A stretch of 64,000 bases of DNA from contig NC_043024.1 in assembly GCF_006345805.1 (NCBI RefSeq), positions 16,058,001 through 16,122,000 on the forward strand. Reading direction: 5' to 3'. This stretch comes from Octopus sinensis. Its lineage: Eukaryota. Positions 37,686-49,424 of this stretch are shown piece after piece. The notes beneath the pieces are model-generated. The model was not told where the DNA came from. It saw only the letters and a program-made list of their open reading frames with translations, and searched no databases. Within the stretch, counting starts at the first letter, position 1; each line of letters begins with the position of its first letter. The position numbers and the translations under genes were made by a program.

Positions 37686-38362
37686 GCCAGTTTGCCATCT
37701 TTCAAGCACAGCATATTGCCAAAGGTCTCGATCATTTGTCATTGCCTTTGTGAGGCCCAACTTTCAAAAGGTGCTTTTTACATGTCACCAGTACGGGTGT
37801 TAGCTATGCAACACCAGCATCAGCCATATTGCATCTGTGTGGCCCAATGCTTGAACGGTGATCTTTACATTCCATTGGCATGGATACCAGTTACGTGACA
37901 CTGACAATGGCCACAACAGAGATGTGATTGGGCATTCCTTTCCCATCAATGGCAGAGTGACACAGCTGTTCTGTATGCACTTGTTCACTGTCTTGGCATT
38001 GCCAACAGGTGGAGTTATGTTGAACAGCTGTTGTTGTGTGCGAACATTTGACTATTATAAGCCAAGTCCATAGTAATGGTTGCCCAGCCACCTTCTTTTA
38101 ATCAGGCAGGTAAGGCTGTTTTTCTTTGTCCAGTGGCTATGGTAAAAGAGATTGTCCAAGTGGATGAGGTTGAGAGGTATGAGGACAGAGACACTCCTCT
38201 TTGGTACTGTCTTCACTGGGTTAACTTACTGAGGTTTAGGTTTATTTTTTCTATTAATTTCTTCAAGAAAAAATACACTAATTTGAAAAAGATGTAACTC
38301 AAAATGACATAAGTTGAGATATGCCTGTATGTGTATGTGTGTGTATGTATATATATACATAA

Positions 38363-38614
38363 AAATACAGTGTACATTTAAACACATAAGAGATGGCCAT
38401 AATAGGACATCTGACCCGCTAGAAGGAGTAGTTAAACTCCAAACCACTATTAGGGGTACTTTCGAAAGGGAATGAAAAATAAAAGCATTTACCCTCTATT
38501 TCCTATACCATGGTTTCAAGCTATCTTCAGTGGTTTGGAGTTTAACTATTCCTTCTAGCAGGTCAGATGTCCTGTTATGACCATCTCTTATGTGTTTAAA
38601 TGTACACTGTATTT
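38363..38614. repeat. Inverted repeat, ~86-bp arms, 80-nt spacer (Penelope-like end?)
   Basis: 38363-38448 versus 38529-38614 with several mismatches. Confidence 0.85.
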
Positions 38615-38828
38615 ATATGAATAATATATAGTCTATTGACTAGTTTTTTTCTTCTCGCTAGACCACTGGTAGCAAAGAAATTTTCTTAATTTTTTTTGCT
38701 ACCCAGGAATTTATTAATATATATACATACTTACATACATATATATATATTCAAAATGTGACCACGTGTGTACTGTTGGCGATTTTTTTTCCTCTGTTTT
38801 CCCTTCTCTGGATCTTTCCTTTTCCTAT

Positions 38829-38863
38829 GTTTCTGACGAAGAGCTCTGCTCGAAACGTTAAAC
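38829..38863 (+). ncRNA. Minimal hammerhead-like motif with canonical CUGACGA core
   Basis: GTTT-CTGACGA-A-GAGC-TCT-GCTC-GAAA-CG-TT-AAAC, within a (TA)n-flanked module. Confidence 0.55.
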
Positions 38864-39529
38864 CCTCCTTCTTCCCTTCCTTCCTGAGCATCCAATAATA
38901 CTATATTTGTTCCACGTCCTCGCGTTGTTGTGTTTTGTCTTGGTGTTTTCATGTTTGGATTAACTTTATATATATATACAAAAGATATTCCAAGCTATGG
39001 TCTCTTTCCTTGCTAAGATAATAATTGTGTTCTTTTTTTACGGCAAAGATAAAACACTTCCTCTTAATTGTAGTTCAAAGTTGCATCTCAATGTCTTTCA
39101 GACCAAATAAAGTTCTTCTGATGCTACTTCAAGCACAGCTACGTTGATGCATTTAGTGTTGCTGTCCCCTCTTGCCAAGCTGCATCTTCTGTCTTCCTTT
39201 ATCCAAATCTGCACATCGCATTGCACCACACAAACCCCTTTTTCACTTTTGAAACATACTACCTTCCCTGCCTATGCTAATTCCCATTTCACTATTTCTA
39301 CATCTTTTATAATACCGAGTATTCTTTCATATAAATTGTTGTCCCAACCCATTCTACTTAACCCTTTCATTACTATATTTCTAAGTAAGACACAACCTTT
39401 ATCAGTTTCAACTAAATTCTAAAATCATGAATTTAGACTGGGTTCATTAAACAACTGTAACTATTTCATTTATTGACATATTAATGTGATTTTTGGAATA
39501 CAATTGATGAAAAGGCTCTTAATCCATTT

Positions 39530-39887
39530 TATTACTCTTTTACTTGTTTCATTTAGTCGAGCAAATCAACCTCAGGACTTATTCTTTGTAAGCCTAGTAC
39601 TAATTCTATCGGTCTCTTTTGCTGAACCGCTAGTTTACGGGGACGTAAACACACCAGCATTGGTTGTCAAGCGATGTAGGGGGGACAAACACATACATAT
39701 ATATATACACACACACACATATATGATGGGCTCCTTTCAGGTTCCATCTACCAAATCCTCTCACAAGGCTTTGGTTGGCCCAAGGATATAGCAGAAGACA
39801 CTTGCCCAAGGTGCCATGCAGTGGGACTGAACCTGGAACCATGTTGTTGGTAAGCAAGCTACTTACCACACAGCCATTCTTATGCCT
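39530..39887 (-). mobile_element. SINE family A
   Basis: Reverse complement of 18205-18602. Confidence 0.85.
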
Positions 39888-41304
39888 ATATTGCATAACT
39901 TTTGTCTCAAAGTGACTCTAATTACAGGCAAATACATGTAAACCAAAATTTATCTTTTTTCTTGGTTTGCTTACTTCCAGCATAATGGTTTGTTTCCATA
40001 GTGATCACTTCAAACAAGTTTACATTTGTTTGATTTCTCCATAGCTTCTGTTGAAAAGCCTTCCAATTCAGACTCACTGCTTGATAGCATGAAACTTATC
40101 TATTTCAAAAGTTGAAAAAAAACATCAATGAAGAATAAAATCTCCCAAAATTCGCCCAGCTCAGATATCCCATCAAACAATGCCAGATACTGCAACTCGA
40201 CTATTTACAAAGTGAAATCAAGTGTTTCCACGAATGTACTAACAAGAATTGTGCTGAAATTCACATTAAAATATCAATGGGTTCACTTGGCCTGATTGGT
40301 TGTTTGATCCAAAAAGTTTTTGGGCCGGCTGCAGCCAGGTTGGTAACGAAAGGGTTAATCGCTTTTTGATATAGCTGCATGTGGAACAAAGCCAGCTGGT
40401 GACAGGTCCATGTCTAACTAATTTCAACACACAGAAATCAACTCTCATTCATTTCATTTCTCACTCACCTGCAAGATCTTGTTCTCCCTCCAGGTAATCA
40501 ATTCTCTCATTTTGTTCTTTCTTATTTAAATCCCAGCACCACAGCTTCCAGTGATTTCAAAGGTTTTGTGATCAATCAATTCTTAAGGTGACCTCTCACC
40601 CCTACTGCCATTATCATTTCATCTGTCAAATCAACACAAAAACTCGTAGCTTGTTTTTTACCCTCTTCATCTTTCCCAAAATTGTCTTTTAAGATTGCTT
40701 CCATTATTTTTAGCAGAGCTTAACCCAAACCACACATTAGTCAAACAGTAGATTCTACCATTGTAGTTTACCAGCTGGTATTTGCCTCAACTTTTTGGTT
40801 GCATGTAATGTTGGGGCTCATGGAGGAAATGACAGTAGACTGAGATGTTTGGTGATTTGAAGTCCTAGGGAAGACCCGTCCACAAAACTGAGTGCTAGAA
40901 CAGTTGTGTCCCACCCACAGGTAACAACACACTTTTCACCCACTCCACCCTAAGAAATCAACTCTTCTAATTGCATCTTTCTCTTCCTCACATCCCCTTT
41001 CTTGCCCTCACTGCATCATTACTGCTCCCCACACACTCCCTATTTTTCTAACCAGGTTCTACGCTCATATTCTTGTTATTTGCAAGTATACCCTAGCACT
41101 ACACCATCTCCTTTCTGCTCTCTCTCTCTCTCTCTTTGGTCACTCTCCCCATTTTTCCTCTAAGTAACCATGTATCACCTTTACATCTGCATACTTGTTT
41201 TTGTACTTCCTCTATTACAAGACACCTAATTCTGTTACTCTCTAACCTTTCCTAATTTGATACTGGATCACCTCCTCTAATGACCCCTCTGTTGTGGCAA
41301 GACA

Positions 41305-41705
41305 ACTACTTCTTATTTCTTTACTGCCCACAAGGGGCTACACACAGAGGGGACAAACGACAGACAAATGGATTAAGTCGATTACATCGACCCCAGTGTG
41401 TAACTGGTACTTAATTTATCAACCCCAAAAGGATGAAAGACAAAGTCGACCTCAGCGGAATTTGAACTCAGAACGTGACTGTAGATGAAATACTGCTAAG
41501 CATTTCGCCCGGCATGCTAACATTTCTAATTTCTTTACTGCCCCACAAGGGGCTACACACAGAGAGGACAGACAAATGGATTAAGTCGATTATATTGACC
41601 CCAGTGCGTAACTGATACTTATTCAATTGACTCCAAATGGATGAAAGGCAAAGTCGGCCTCGGCGGAATTTGAACTCAGAACGTAACTGTAGACAGCTCG
41701 CCGCC
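41305..41705 (-). mobile_element. Two tandem SINE family B copies (CCCACAAGGGGCTA tail subtype)
   Basis: Direct repeat of the whole unit. Confidence 0.85.
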
Positions 41706-42454
41706 TCACAACTACTGTCTCTTTGTCACATTTTTGTCTTCTGACACAAATGCCCTGCCCCTCTCATAATTCTGTCTTGTGAGTTACTTGGTTACCCTAC
41801 CAGTGCCATGTTAAAAGCATCCAGTCCACAGTGGTTGGCATCTGGAAGGGCATCCAGCTGTAAAAATCTTGCCAAAACAAACTTCACCTTTTCTAGTGCC
41901 ATGTAAAAAAGCACCGAGACCACTCTGCAGAGAGGTGGGTGTTAGGAAGGGCATCCAGCCATAAAATCCCTGCCAAAACAAACACAGAAGCCTTGGGTAG
42001 ATTTCCTACCTGCCCAGCCCCTGTCAACTGTCCTACCCATGTATGCATGGAAGATGAACATTAATCGATGTCTGTTTGTTATCTACGCTGATGCTTGTAT
42101 TGGTCTCCCTGCTCATGTCTGCTACATCACTGCCAGTTAGACGTTACATGACAATTCAACTCACCCAAATCCCGACACTAGTCTCACAACGTTATTTGCT
42201 GGCTAAGCTGGCATCATCTATGGCAGCACTCCAGTTTCCACTATTTTTCCCTGTGGTACAAGAATGTACCCAACCCATCTCAGCTACACTCCTACCCTAT
42301 TTAATGTACTTCTGAAACAACTCATTTCAATTTTTCAATACTGAAGGAACTCTCTTCTCCCATAGGTATTCTTCGAGGAATCTTTCACCATCAAATTGCT
42401 GTATATTTCTTGTCCTTACCCATTAAAATCTCTCCCCATTCCTTTTCAATCATT

Positions 42455-42680
42455 CTTATTTCTTTATTACCCACAAGGGGCTAAACACAGAGGGGACAAA
42501 TAAGGACAGACAAACGGATTAAGTCGATTACATCGACTTCAGCGTGTAACTGGTACTTAATTTACCAACCCCAAAAGGATGAAAGGCAAAGTCGACCTTG
42601 GCAGAATTTGAACTCAGAACGTAACGGCAGACGAAATACCGCTAAGCATTTCGCCCGGTGTGTTAACGTTTCTGCCAGCA
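42455..42680 (-). mobile_element. SINE family B, full length
   Basis: Head, core and tail motifs present. Confidence 0.85.
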
Positions 42681-42843
42681 CAGTAGAGAACCATTCTAAA
42701 ACTTTTCCCATTGTTGATCATGATGCACCCCCTCCTGCATACCAGTAATATCCATTCCGATCACCATGTCAACACTTTGAAAATATGAGCCATCACAATC
42801 GCTTCTTGTTCCACCCGTACCCCATATACTGTTAGCTCTACAT

Positions 42844-43080
42844 CAGTGGTTCCCAAAGTGGGCAGTGGAAAGTTCCAAGGGGCTGATAATGGGGTAGCAA
42901 TACATTTAAAAACAACAAAATAATGGGTTCATTAGGTTAAGTTTTATTTGTGAAATACTGTTGCTTTGGATCTGCTTCAGAAAGGGGTCTATGTCTGTGA
43001 TGGTTATTCGGGGAGGGAGTGTTAGGAATGTGGCCTGGGTCTCAATGGGGCAGCAGCCTGAAAAAGTTAGGGAACCACTG
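42844..43080. mobile_element. hAT (Charlie-like) MITE, 237 bp
   Basis: TIR CAGTGGTTCCC / GGGAACCACTG; 8-bp TSD CTCTACAT on both sides. Confidence 0.92.
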
Positions 43081-43334
43081 CTCTACATTATTCCTATTCC
43101 TGCATATGATTTCCCTTCTGTCCACCACTCTTATATCACTCTTCCAACTCAACCCATCAACCAATCCTGGTGTATACAGCAAGTATAGAAGAGGATTCAA
43201 ATCCTCGAAAAGACTTCCTTTTGTACCCCCACCCCCAGCCATAAGTTTTTTTTTTATAAATATTACAAATGGTGGAAAACTGATAATGATGAAGAAGTCA
43301 TAAAAATTAAGAATTTCTATTAAAAATGCTTTAT

Positions 43335-43673
43335 TTACTCATTTTACTTGTTTCAGTCATTTGACTGTGGCCATGCTGGAACACCGCCTTTAGTCGATCC
43401 CAGGACTTATTCTTTGTAAGCCTAGTACTTATTCTATGGGTCTTTTGCCGAACCGCTAAGTTACAGGGACATAAACTGGGAGGACAAACACAGACACACA
43501 AACATATATACGACGGGCTTCTTTCAGTTTCCGTCTACCAAATCTACTCACAAAGCTTTGGCCAGCCCGAGGTTATAGTAGAAGACACTTGTCCAAGGTG
43601 TCATGTAGTGGGACCGAACCCAGAACCATGTGGTTGGTAAGCAAGCTACTTATCACACAGCCACTCCTATGCC
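43335..43673 (-). mobile_element. SINE family A
   Basis: Reverse complement of 18205-18602. Confidence 0.85.
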
Positions 43674-43861
43674 TATTATGTATATTCCTGTCCCAGTTTG
43701 CTAATGTTAAGGCCTAAATTGCCTAACTCTATGAAATTTGCCTAACCTTGGGATGTGAATATACAGAATACAGAAATTCTTAATTTTTATGACTTTCTCA
43801 TCATTATTATTATAAGACATGGTAGGAAATCAATTTCCCACCATTCTTTCATTTGTTTGTC

Positions 43862-44170
43862 ACTTGACTGCAGCCATGCTGGAGCACTGCCTTTAGTTGA
43901 ACAAATTGACCTCTATCAAGCTCTTTTGCCAAACTGCTAAGTTACGGAGATGTAGACACACCAACATTGGTTGTCAAGCAATGGTGGTGGGGACAAACAC
44001 TGACACACACATATATATACGACGGGCTTCTTTCAGTTTCCGTCTACCAAATCCACTCACAAGGCTTTGGTCGGCCCAAGGCTATTGTAGAACACACTTG
44101 TCCAGTGGGACTGAACCTGGAACCATGTGGTTGGTAAGCAAGCTACTTACCACACAGTCACTCCTGCGCC
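43862..44170 (-). mobile_element. SINE family A
   Basis: Reverse complement of 18205-18602, with internal deletions. Confidence 0.8.
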
Positions 44171-45555
44171 CATGTGTAATATTTAAAAAAAAAATTTTTA
44201 TGGGAGTGGGGTTACAAAAGGAAGCCTTTCCAAATCCTCCCCCATTTACTATCACCCTCAGTGTTGGAGTATCTTTTCTGAGTACATGTAGCTCCTGGCA
44301 CAGTTACTCCTCCTTTACTGTTTCCCTGGTTGCTCTATTTTGATGGTGACCCATCAGACTGCACTTCTAGCAGATAATTTCAGGCCTCAGCACCCAGCAG
44401 CGTTTAACCATGTGCAACACCTGCCTACTGCACTTTCCCAATACATTCCCTTGCTTCTACATCACTTGTGTTTTGTTACCTTTCATCACTCCTACCTACA
44501 ATGTGGTCTTGTAATTATGGTCAGCCACCACTCTAGTGCTAATAATTATTGTATTTTAATGTATAAGGAACCCTTTTTTGTCAAAAATTAGGTAAAAAAA
44601 ATATGGGAGTTTCTTATACATGGGCAGTATTATAATCCCTGGTGAAAGTAAAGAATATGTGGTTAATATAAAGATCTTCACCCTTTAATAAAAACTGCTA
44701 GGTGTTAACTGTATAGAAAACAAATATGACCAAAAAAATGTGCACAAACGAACAGCGGAGGCAACTTTCGGAAAATTCACAAGTTCCGATTTTTCTGTCA
44801 TAACTTTCAGGAAAATGTATAGTGATTTTTTTTTTACGGGATACCATGTTTTTGGTTATGGAGGATCCGATTCTGAAACAAATTTTCAAAAATTGTAATT
44901 TCAAAATTTCAATTTTAAGCCCCCAAAGTTAGTGGAGGTTCCTTAAACACATTGAAACACGATAGATCACCAACAGCCAGTGTTTATGTCAAGCAACAAC
45001 CAAAGAGTTATTAAGGTCCAAGAAACCAATTACAAATACATGCTTCACATGTCCCGCTATTAAATTTTGGTAAATTATTTTCGTTTCAACTAATCATCTC
45101 AACAGTATTTATGTGCTTTTGAATGAAAAGAATTTCCTACAAATTTTCATTTCACATCTGTTTTTACCAGGTCTCTATTATTTAAAACAAAAATACTTTA
45201 ATGACAAATAAGTGAATAGATCTTCCAACAGTATATTTGTAGATTACAAAGTCAAAGAACAATATTCAACATATTTCATAGTGCAATTCTAGTGTGAAAC
45301 TATAAATTTACCAAAAATTATTTGCAGAATCTCTGTACTTGAGTTAGTAGGTTTCTGTAGAAAAAAAACTGAAAGCGGGTACGGTCCCTGTCCTTTATCT
45401 CCGTCAAATTATTTATTACCGAAATCAAGTCTGGTGTGAAACTATAAATTTACCATTGTCTTTTCACCAGTCTGGATTATGAGCCAAGATTCATTTTGCA
45501 GTGAACGATTACCTATAAATTTTACTTTAATAGTCTTTTTTTTTTTTGTCCAGAG

Positions 45556-45950
45556 TAGGCGCAGGAGTGGCTGTGTGGTAAGTAGCTTGCTTACGAACCA
45601 CATGGTTCCGGATTCAGTCCCACTGCGTGACATCTTGGGCAAGTGTCTTCTGCTATAGCCCCGGGCCAACCAAAGCCTTGTGAGTGGATTTGGTAGACGG
45701 AAACTGAAAGCCTGTCGTATATATGTATATATATATATATATGTATGTATGTGTGTGTGTCTGTCCCCCTAGCATTGCTTGACAACCGATGCTGGTGTGT
45801 TTACGTCCCCGTCACTTAGCGGTTTGGCAAAAAGAGACTGATAGAATAAGTACTGGGCTTACAAAGAATAAATCCCGGGGTCGATTTGCTCGACTAAAGG
45901 CGGTGCTCCAGCATGGCCGTAGTCAAATGACTGAAATAAGAAAAAGAGTG
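45556..45950 (+). mobile_element. SINE family A, full length
   Basis: Near-consensus copy. Confidence 0.9.
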
Positions 45951-46389
45951 AGCATTATTCACAATAGATTAAAAGCTGAAAATTCAAATTCTCTGATATT
46001 TGTTTGGGCAGAGGTAAAGATCATGGACCCTTTGGGATTTTTTTATTGCCTTTTTACTGGAATACACTATACCGAGGGCAGAAATTCCGAATCTGCATTT
46101 CAAAATTTTAATCCCCCCCACTACCCGATTTCTTAAATTTTCACTTTAAAAAAAATCTTTCTTTGGCGAATTATGTAGAAAAATATGGAGACTATGATTC
46201 TGAAAAAAAAATTTGGAAAGAATTCCGCCCCCCTCCCACCAAAAAAAGAAAAGGGCGGCATTTGTGGGGGGGGGGGCACAGAAGTCTTGCCAAAAATTCT
46301 GTAAAATTTCAAATAAATAAATACCCCTCCCTCCACCCTATGACAGGAAATGAAATTTACCCCACTCCCTTTCTTTGCCAGAGGGGCAA

Positions 46390-46622
46390 ATTTTGTTCTT
46401 GCATATCATAGATTCATCTATTTCTACGATGTACCCAAGTCCACCAATTTGGTAGGGTTTACACAAAAGATAATCACTTGTAATGTCCCTCATGTACTGA
46501 TACGATTGAACAACAGTAGTTTGTGAAAGACCGGTCATCTGAGAAGATGTCTGTATGGCTGTATTATAGGACCATAAAGACGCGAGAAGATATTCAGCCG
46601 AGTCGTAATTTGCAATTTTCAA
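46390..46622 (-). mobile_element. Merlin (ISXO2/IS1595-like) transposase remnant
   Basis: GLSQTTVVQSYQYMRDI...QIGGLGYIVEIDES matches the GG.G..VEIDE motif of ISXO2-type DDE transposases; truncated after it. Confidence 0.8.
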
Positions 46623-47067
46623 GAAACGACGACTTTTTTTATTTAGTTTGTTTAGAAAAAAAATTATTTAAATACATTTGCATACGCGCACTCGCGCTAG
46701 GTAGTCGTAGAACCGACTAGTCACGACTAGCTAGCGCGAGTGCGCAGAGCGGGACCAATCAAGATAATTCTCTCGGGTGGCGAACCTTCGGTATATGTAC
46801 CGGATACATTTCAAAAAAGTGTTGTTTTTTTATATGAGAGAAAAGGGTTGAGAGAAAAGGGTTTTTGTTATCTTCAGAAATGTAAACAAAGTCACGTGTG
46901 TACTTATACCGAAGGATCCCCTCAAAATTATTTATTTTGTTTTATTTACTTTGCTAGGTGGTCGTTGGAGGATGCACGAGTACGCGCACCGGTACCACTC
47001 TTCTTAAATAGTACCGTAATAAATTACTTTCCACATATTTCACAGCAAAATGGTTTTCCTATGGTCT

Positions 47068-47265
47068 TTTCTACTCTAGGCACAAGGCCCGAAATCTTGG
47101 GGGAGGGGACCAGTCGATTCGGTCGACCTCAGTACGCAACTGGTACTTAAATTATCGACCTCAAAAGGATGAAAGGCAAAGTGAAGATCGGCGGAATTTG
47201 AACTCAGAACGTAAAGACAGACGAAATACCACAAAGCATTTCGCCCGTCGTGCTAACGTTTCTGT
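47068..47265 (-). mobile_element. SINE family B
   Basis: AGGCACAAGGCCCGAA tail subtype. Confidence 0.85.
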
Positions 47266-47280
47266 CCTATAGTATTTATT

Positions 47281-47430
47281 AATTTGTGTGTTAAGGTCAC
47301 TGCTTGACGTGAATAATCTTCCACATTTTACACAATAAAAAGGTTTCTCTCCAGGGTGAATACGTTTTTGAACTGCAAGACTAGAAATATCGGAGAAAGA
47401 TTTGCCACAGATATCACAGTAATATGGTTT
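47281..47430 (-). pseudogene. Orphan two-finger C2H2 remnant (KPYYCDICGKSFSDISSLAVQKRIHPGEKPFYCVKCGRLFTSSSDLNTQ)
   Basis: Manual translation; the first His is replaced by Gln in finger 1; no start codon or clear acceptor. Confidence 0.75.
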
Positions 47431-47867
47431 ATTATTATTATTTTTTTAAATAGTATATTTGATTAGTGAGTGTGTAAGAAGGCTTCCAGTAATGTATATA
47501 TGTATGTTTTGTATGAATGTAAAAACAAATATCCAAAGGCGATACTCTTTCGTTAATAAACGTAATTTATTCCTTGACCACACATGTAGTAGTAGAAAGC
47601 ACATCCCGAGGTAATTAAGGGTGTAGCGAGAGACACGAGAGAATTTCTCCATAAACATCCGAGGATTTGGTCCTTAATAGCTGCAAGATGTAAATAGCCA
47701 AAGCGTTGCGGAGTCAAGTTGCGAAGCGAGGTAGGAATCCCATGGCAGCAGGAAACGCCTTTTTTTTTTTGTTTTAATTGGCGTTAAATCAGCAAAGTGC
47801 TTTGTCAAATGGACGATCTATCAGCGACTGGTGTTCACATCTCAACGGTCCACTGGTAGCAGAAATC

Positions 47868-48144
47868 GGCATTCTTTCGATATAACTCGACAAAGTCAAA
47901 ACACTTCACTTGGGGTATTTCCGTGGAAGCAAATGACAGTTCGATTCTTGTTTTCTGCTTGGAAATTTGCGGATTTTACATACACACCTGAAACAGGTAA
48001 GAACAAATATGCAAGGCTTTTTTTTCTCTTCAAGTTCAAAATGTGACATTGCTGGCATAATTTCGTTATATCTATTCTCCACAAACCACGGAAATACCCG
48101 AAGTGAAATGTTTTGATTTTGTCGAGTTATATCGAAAGAATGCC
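47868..48144. repeat. Inverted repeat, 59-bp arms (56/59 identical), 159-nt spacer
   Basis: 47868-47926 versus 48086-48144. Confidence 0.9.
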
Positions 48145-48275
48145 CAGAAACCTTACCTTTCAAAACTGGCGCACTTCACCGCTGGGCACTCACCTGTACC
48201 CTTCCGCAACCAGCAGTAATTGGGTGTTTGGAGCGTAGCACCACTGAGCTATGCCGTCACAACAAAATAGTCTGG

Positions 48276-49424
48276 CTAACATGTCTCACTGCAGTTTCTC
48301 TCGTGTTTCGTTAAGTCGCTGTTTGTAATAAATGATTTCCCACAGATATCACAACGAAAAGGTTCTTCTTCGGTGTGACTACGCTTGTGAACTACAAGGC
48401 GGGAATTCTTAGAGAAGGATTTCCCACAAATATCACAACGGAAGGTTCTTTCTCGCGTGTGTACTTGTTTGTGCATTTTTAAGTCACAGTTGGTGTCAAA
48501 ATATTCCCCACAAATCCCACACTGGTAGGGGTTTCCTCCTGTGTGAATTTTCTTGTGTTTCGTTAAGTCACTATCGGTGACACAGGATTTCCCACAAATG
48601 TCACAACGGAAAGGTTTCTCTCCCGTGTGACTACGTTTGTGAATTGTAACATGAGAACTATTAGAAAAGGATTTTCCACAGATGTCGCAATGGAAAGGTT
48701 TTTCTCCCGTGTGACGACGTTCATGTACTACAAGATGGGAACTATGTGAGAATGATTTCCCACAGATGTCACAACGATAAGGTTTTTCCCCAGTGTGACT
48801 ACGTTTGTGGAGAATGAAACAAAAATTCTGAGCGAAAGATTTTCCACAGACGTCACAGTGAAACGGTTTTTCCCCCGTGTGGATTCGTTTATGTGTCACC
48901 AAGTGGTCGTTTGTGATAAAAGATTTTCCACATATTTCACAGTGGTACGGTTTCTCCCCGGTGTGTTGTCTTTTGTGAACAATAAGATTAGATTTATCAG
49001 AGAAAGATGTCCCACATATATCACAATGATACGGCTTTTCCCCTGTGTGTACTCTTTTATGTCTTGCTAAATTACTGTTGGAGATGAAATATTTTCCACA
49101 CGTTTCGCAGAGGAATGGTTTTTCTCCCGTGTGGGTTCGTTTGTGTCTTGTTAATGTACCGTTAGAGACAAAAGATCGCTCGCATATTTCACAGTGGAAA
49201 AGTCTTTTCGTTTCATGCATTCTTTTGTGTGTGAAGACTTCATGTTCCGAAGACAATGTTTTCTTACAAATCTCACAATGATATTCAAGATTTCCGTATA
49301 ATGAACTTTGTTTCATAAATGTTTCACTACACAAAGGCTTCTCGTCATTGTATGTCTGCGGAACTAAATCGATATTGTCAAAAACAATTGGGTGTGAAGT
49401 ATCCAAGGGTTTGACGTCCTCCAT
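48276..49424 (-). CDS. C2H2 zinc-finger protein, 382 aa from the first in-frame ATG (MEDVKPLD...), 12 fingers with TGEKP linkers
   Basis: Uninterrupted ORF with 11 C2H2 fingers plus a terminal C2HC finger. The track start at 49562 is TTG; the ATG at 49424 has GCAATGG context. Confidence 0.93.
   Translation of the reverse strand: MEDVKPLDTSHPIVFDNIDLVPQTYNDEKPLCSETFMKQSSLYGNLEYHCEICKKTLSSEHEVFTHKRMHETKRLFHCEICERSFVSNGTLTRHKRTHTGEKPFLCETCGKYFISNSNLARHKRVHTGEKPYHCDICGTSFSDKSNLIVHKRQHTGEKPYHCEICGKSFITNDHLVTHKRIHTGEKPFHCDVCGKSFAQNFCFILHKRSHTGEKPYRCDICGKSFSHSSHLVVHERRHTGEKPFHCDICGKSFSNSSHVTIHKRSHTGEKPFRCDICGKSCVTDSDLTKHKKIHTGGNPYQCGICGEYFDTNCDLKMHKQVHTRERTFRCDICGKSFSKNSRLVVHKRSHTEEEPFRCDICGKSFITNSDLTKHERNCSETC

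Noticed and set aside
43897-44343. Recurrent ORFs containing RRASFSFRLPNPLTRLWSA (also 18162, 28028, 28680, 51325, 57711, 62267)
   Set aside because: Antisense reading of SINE family A; not a protein family.
48205-48260. tRNA-like A-box (GGCATAGCTCAGTGG) on the minus strand
   Set aside because: No B-box or cloverleaf; at most a decayed SINE head.
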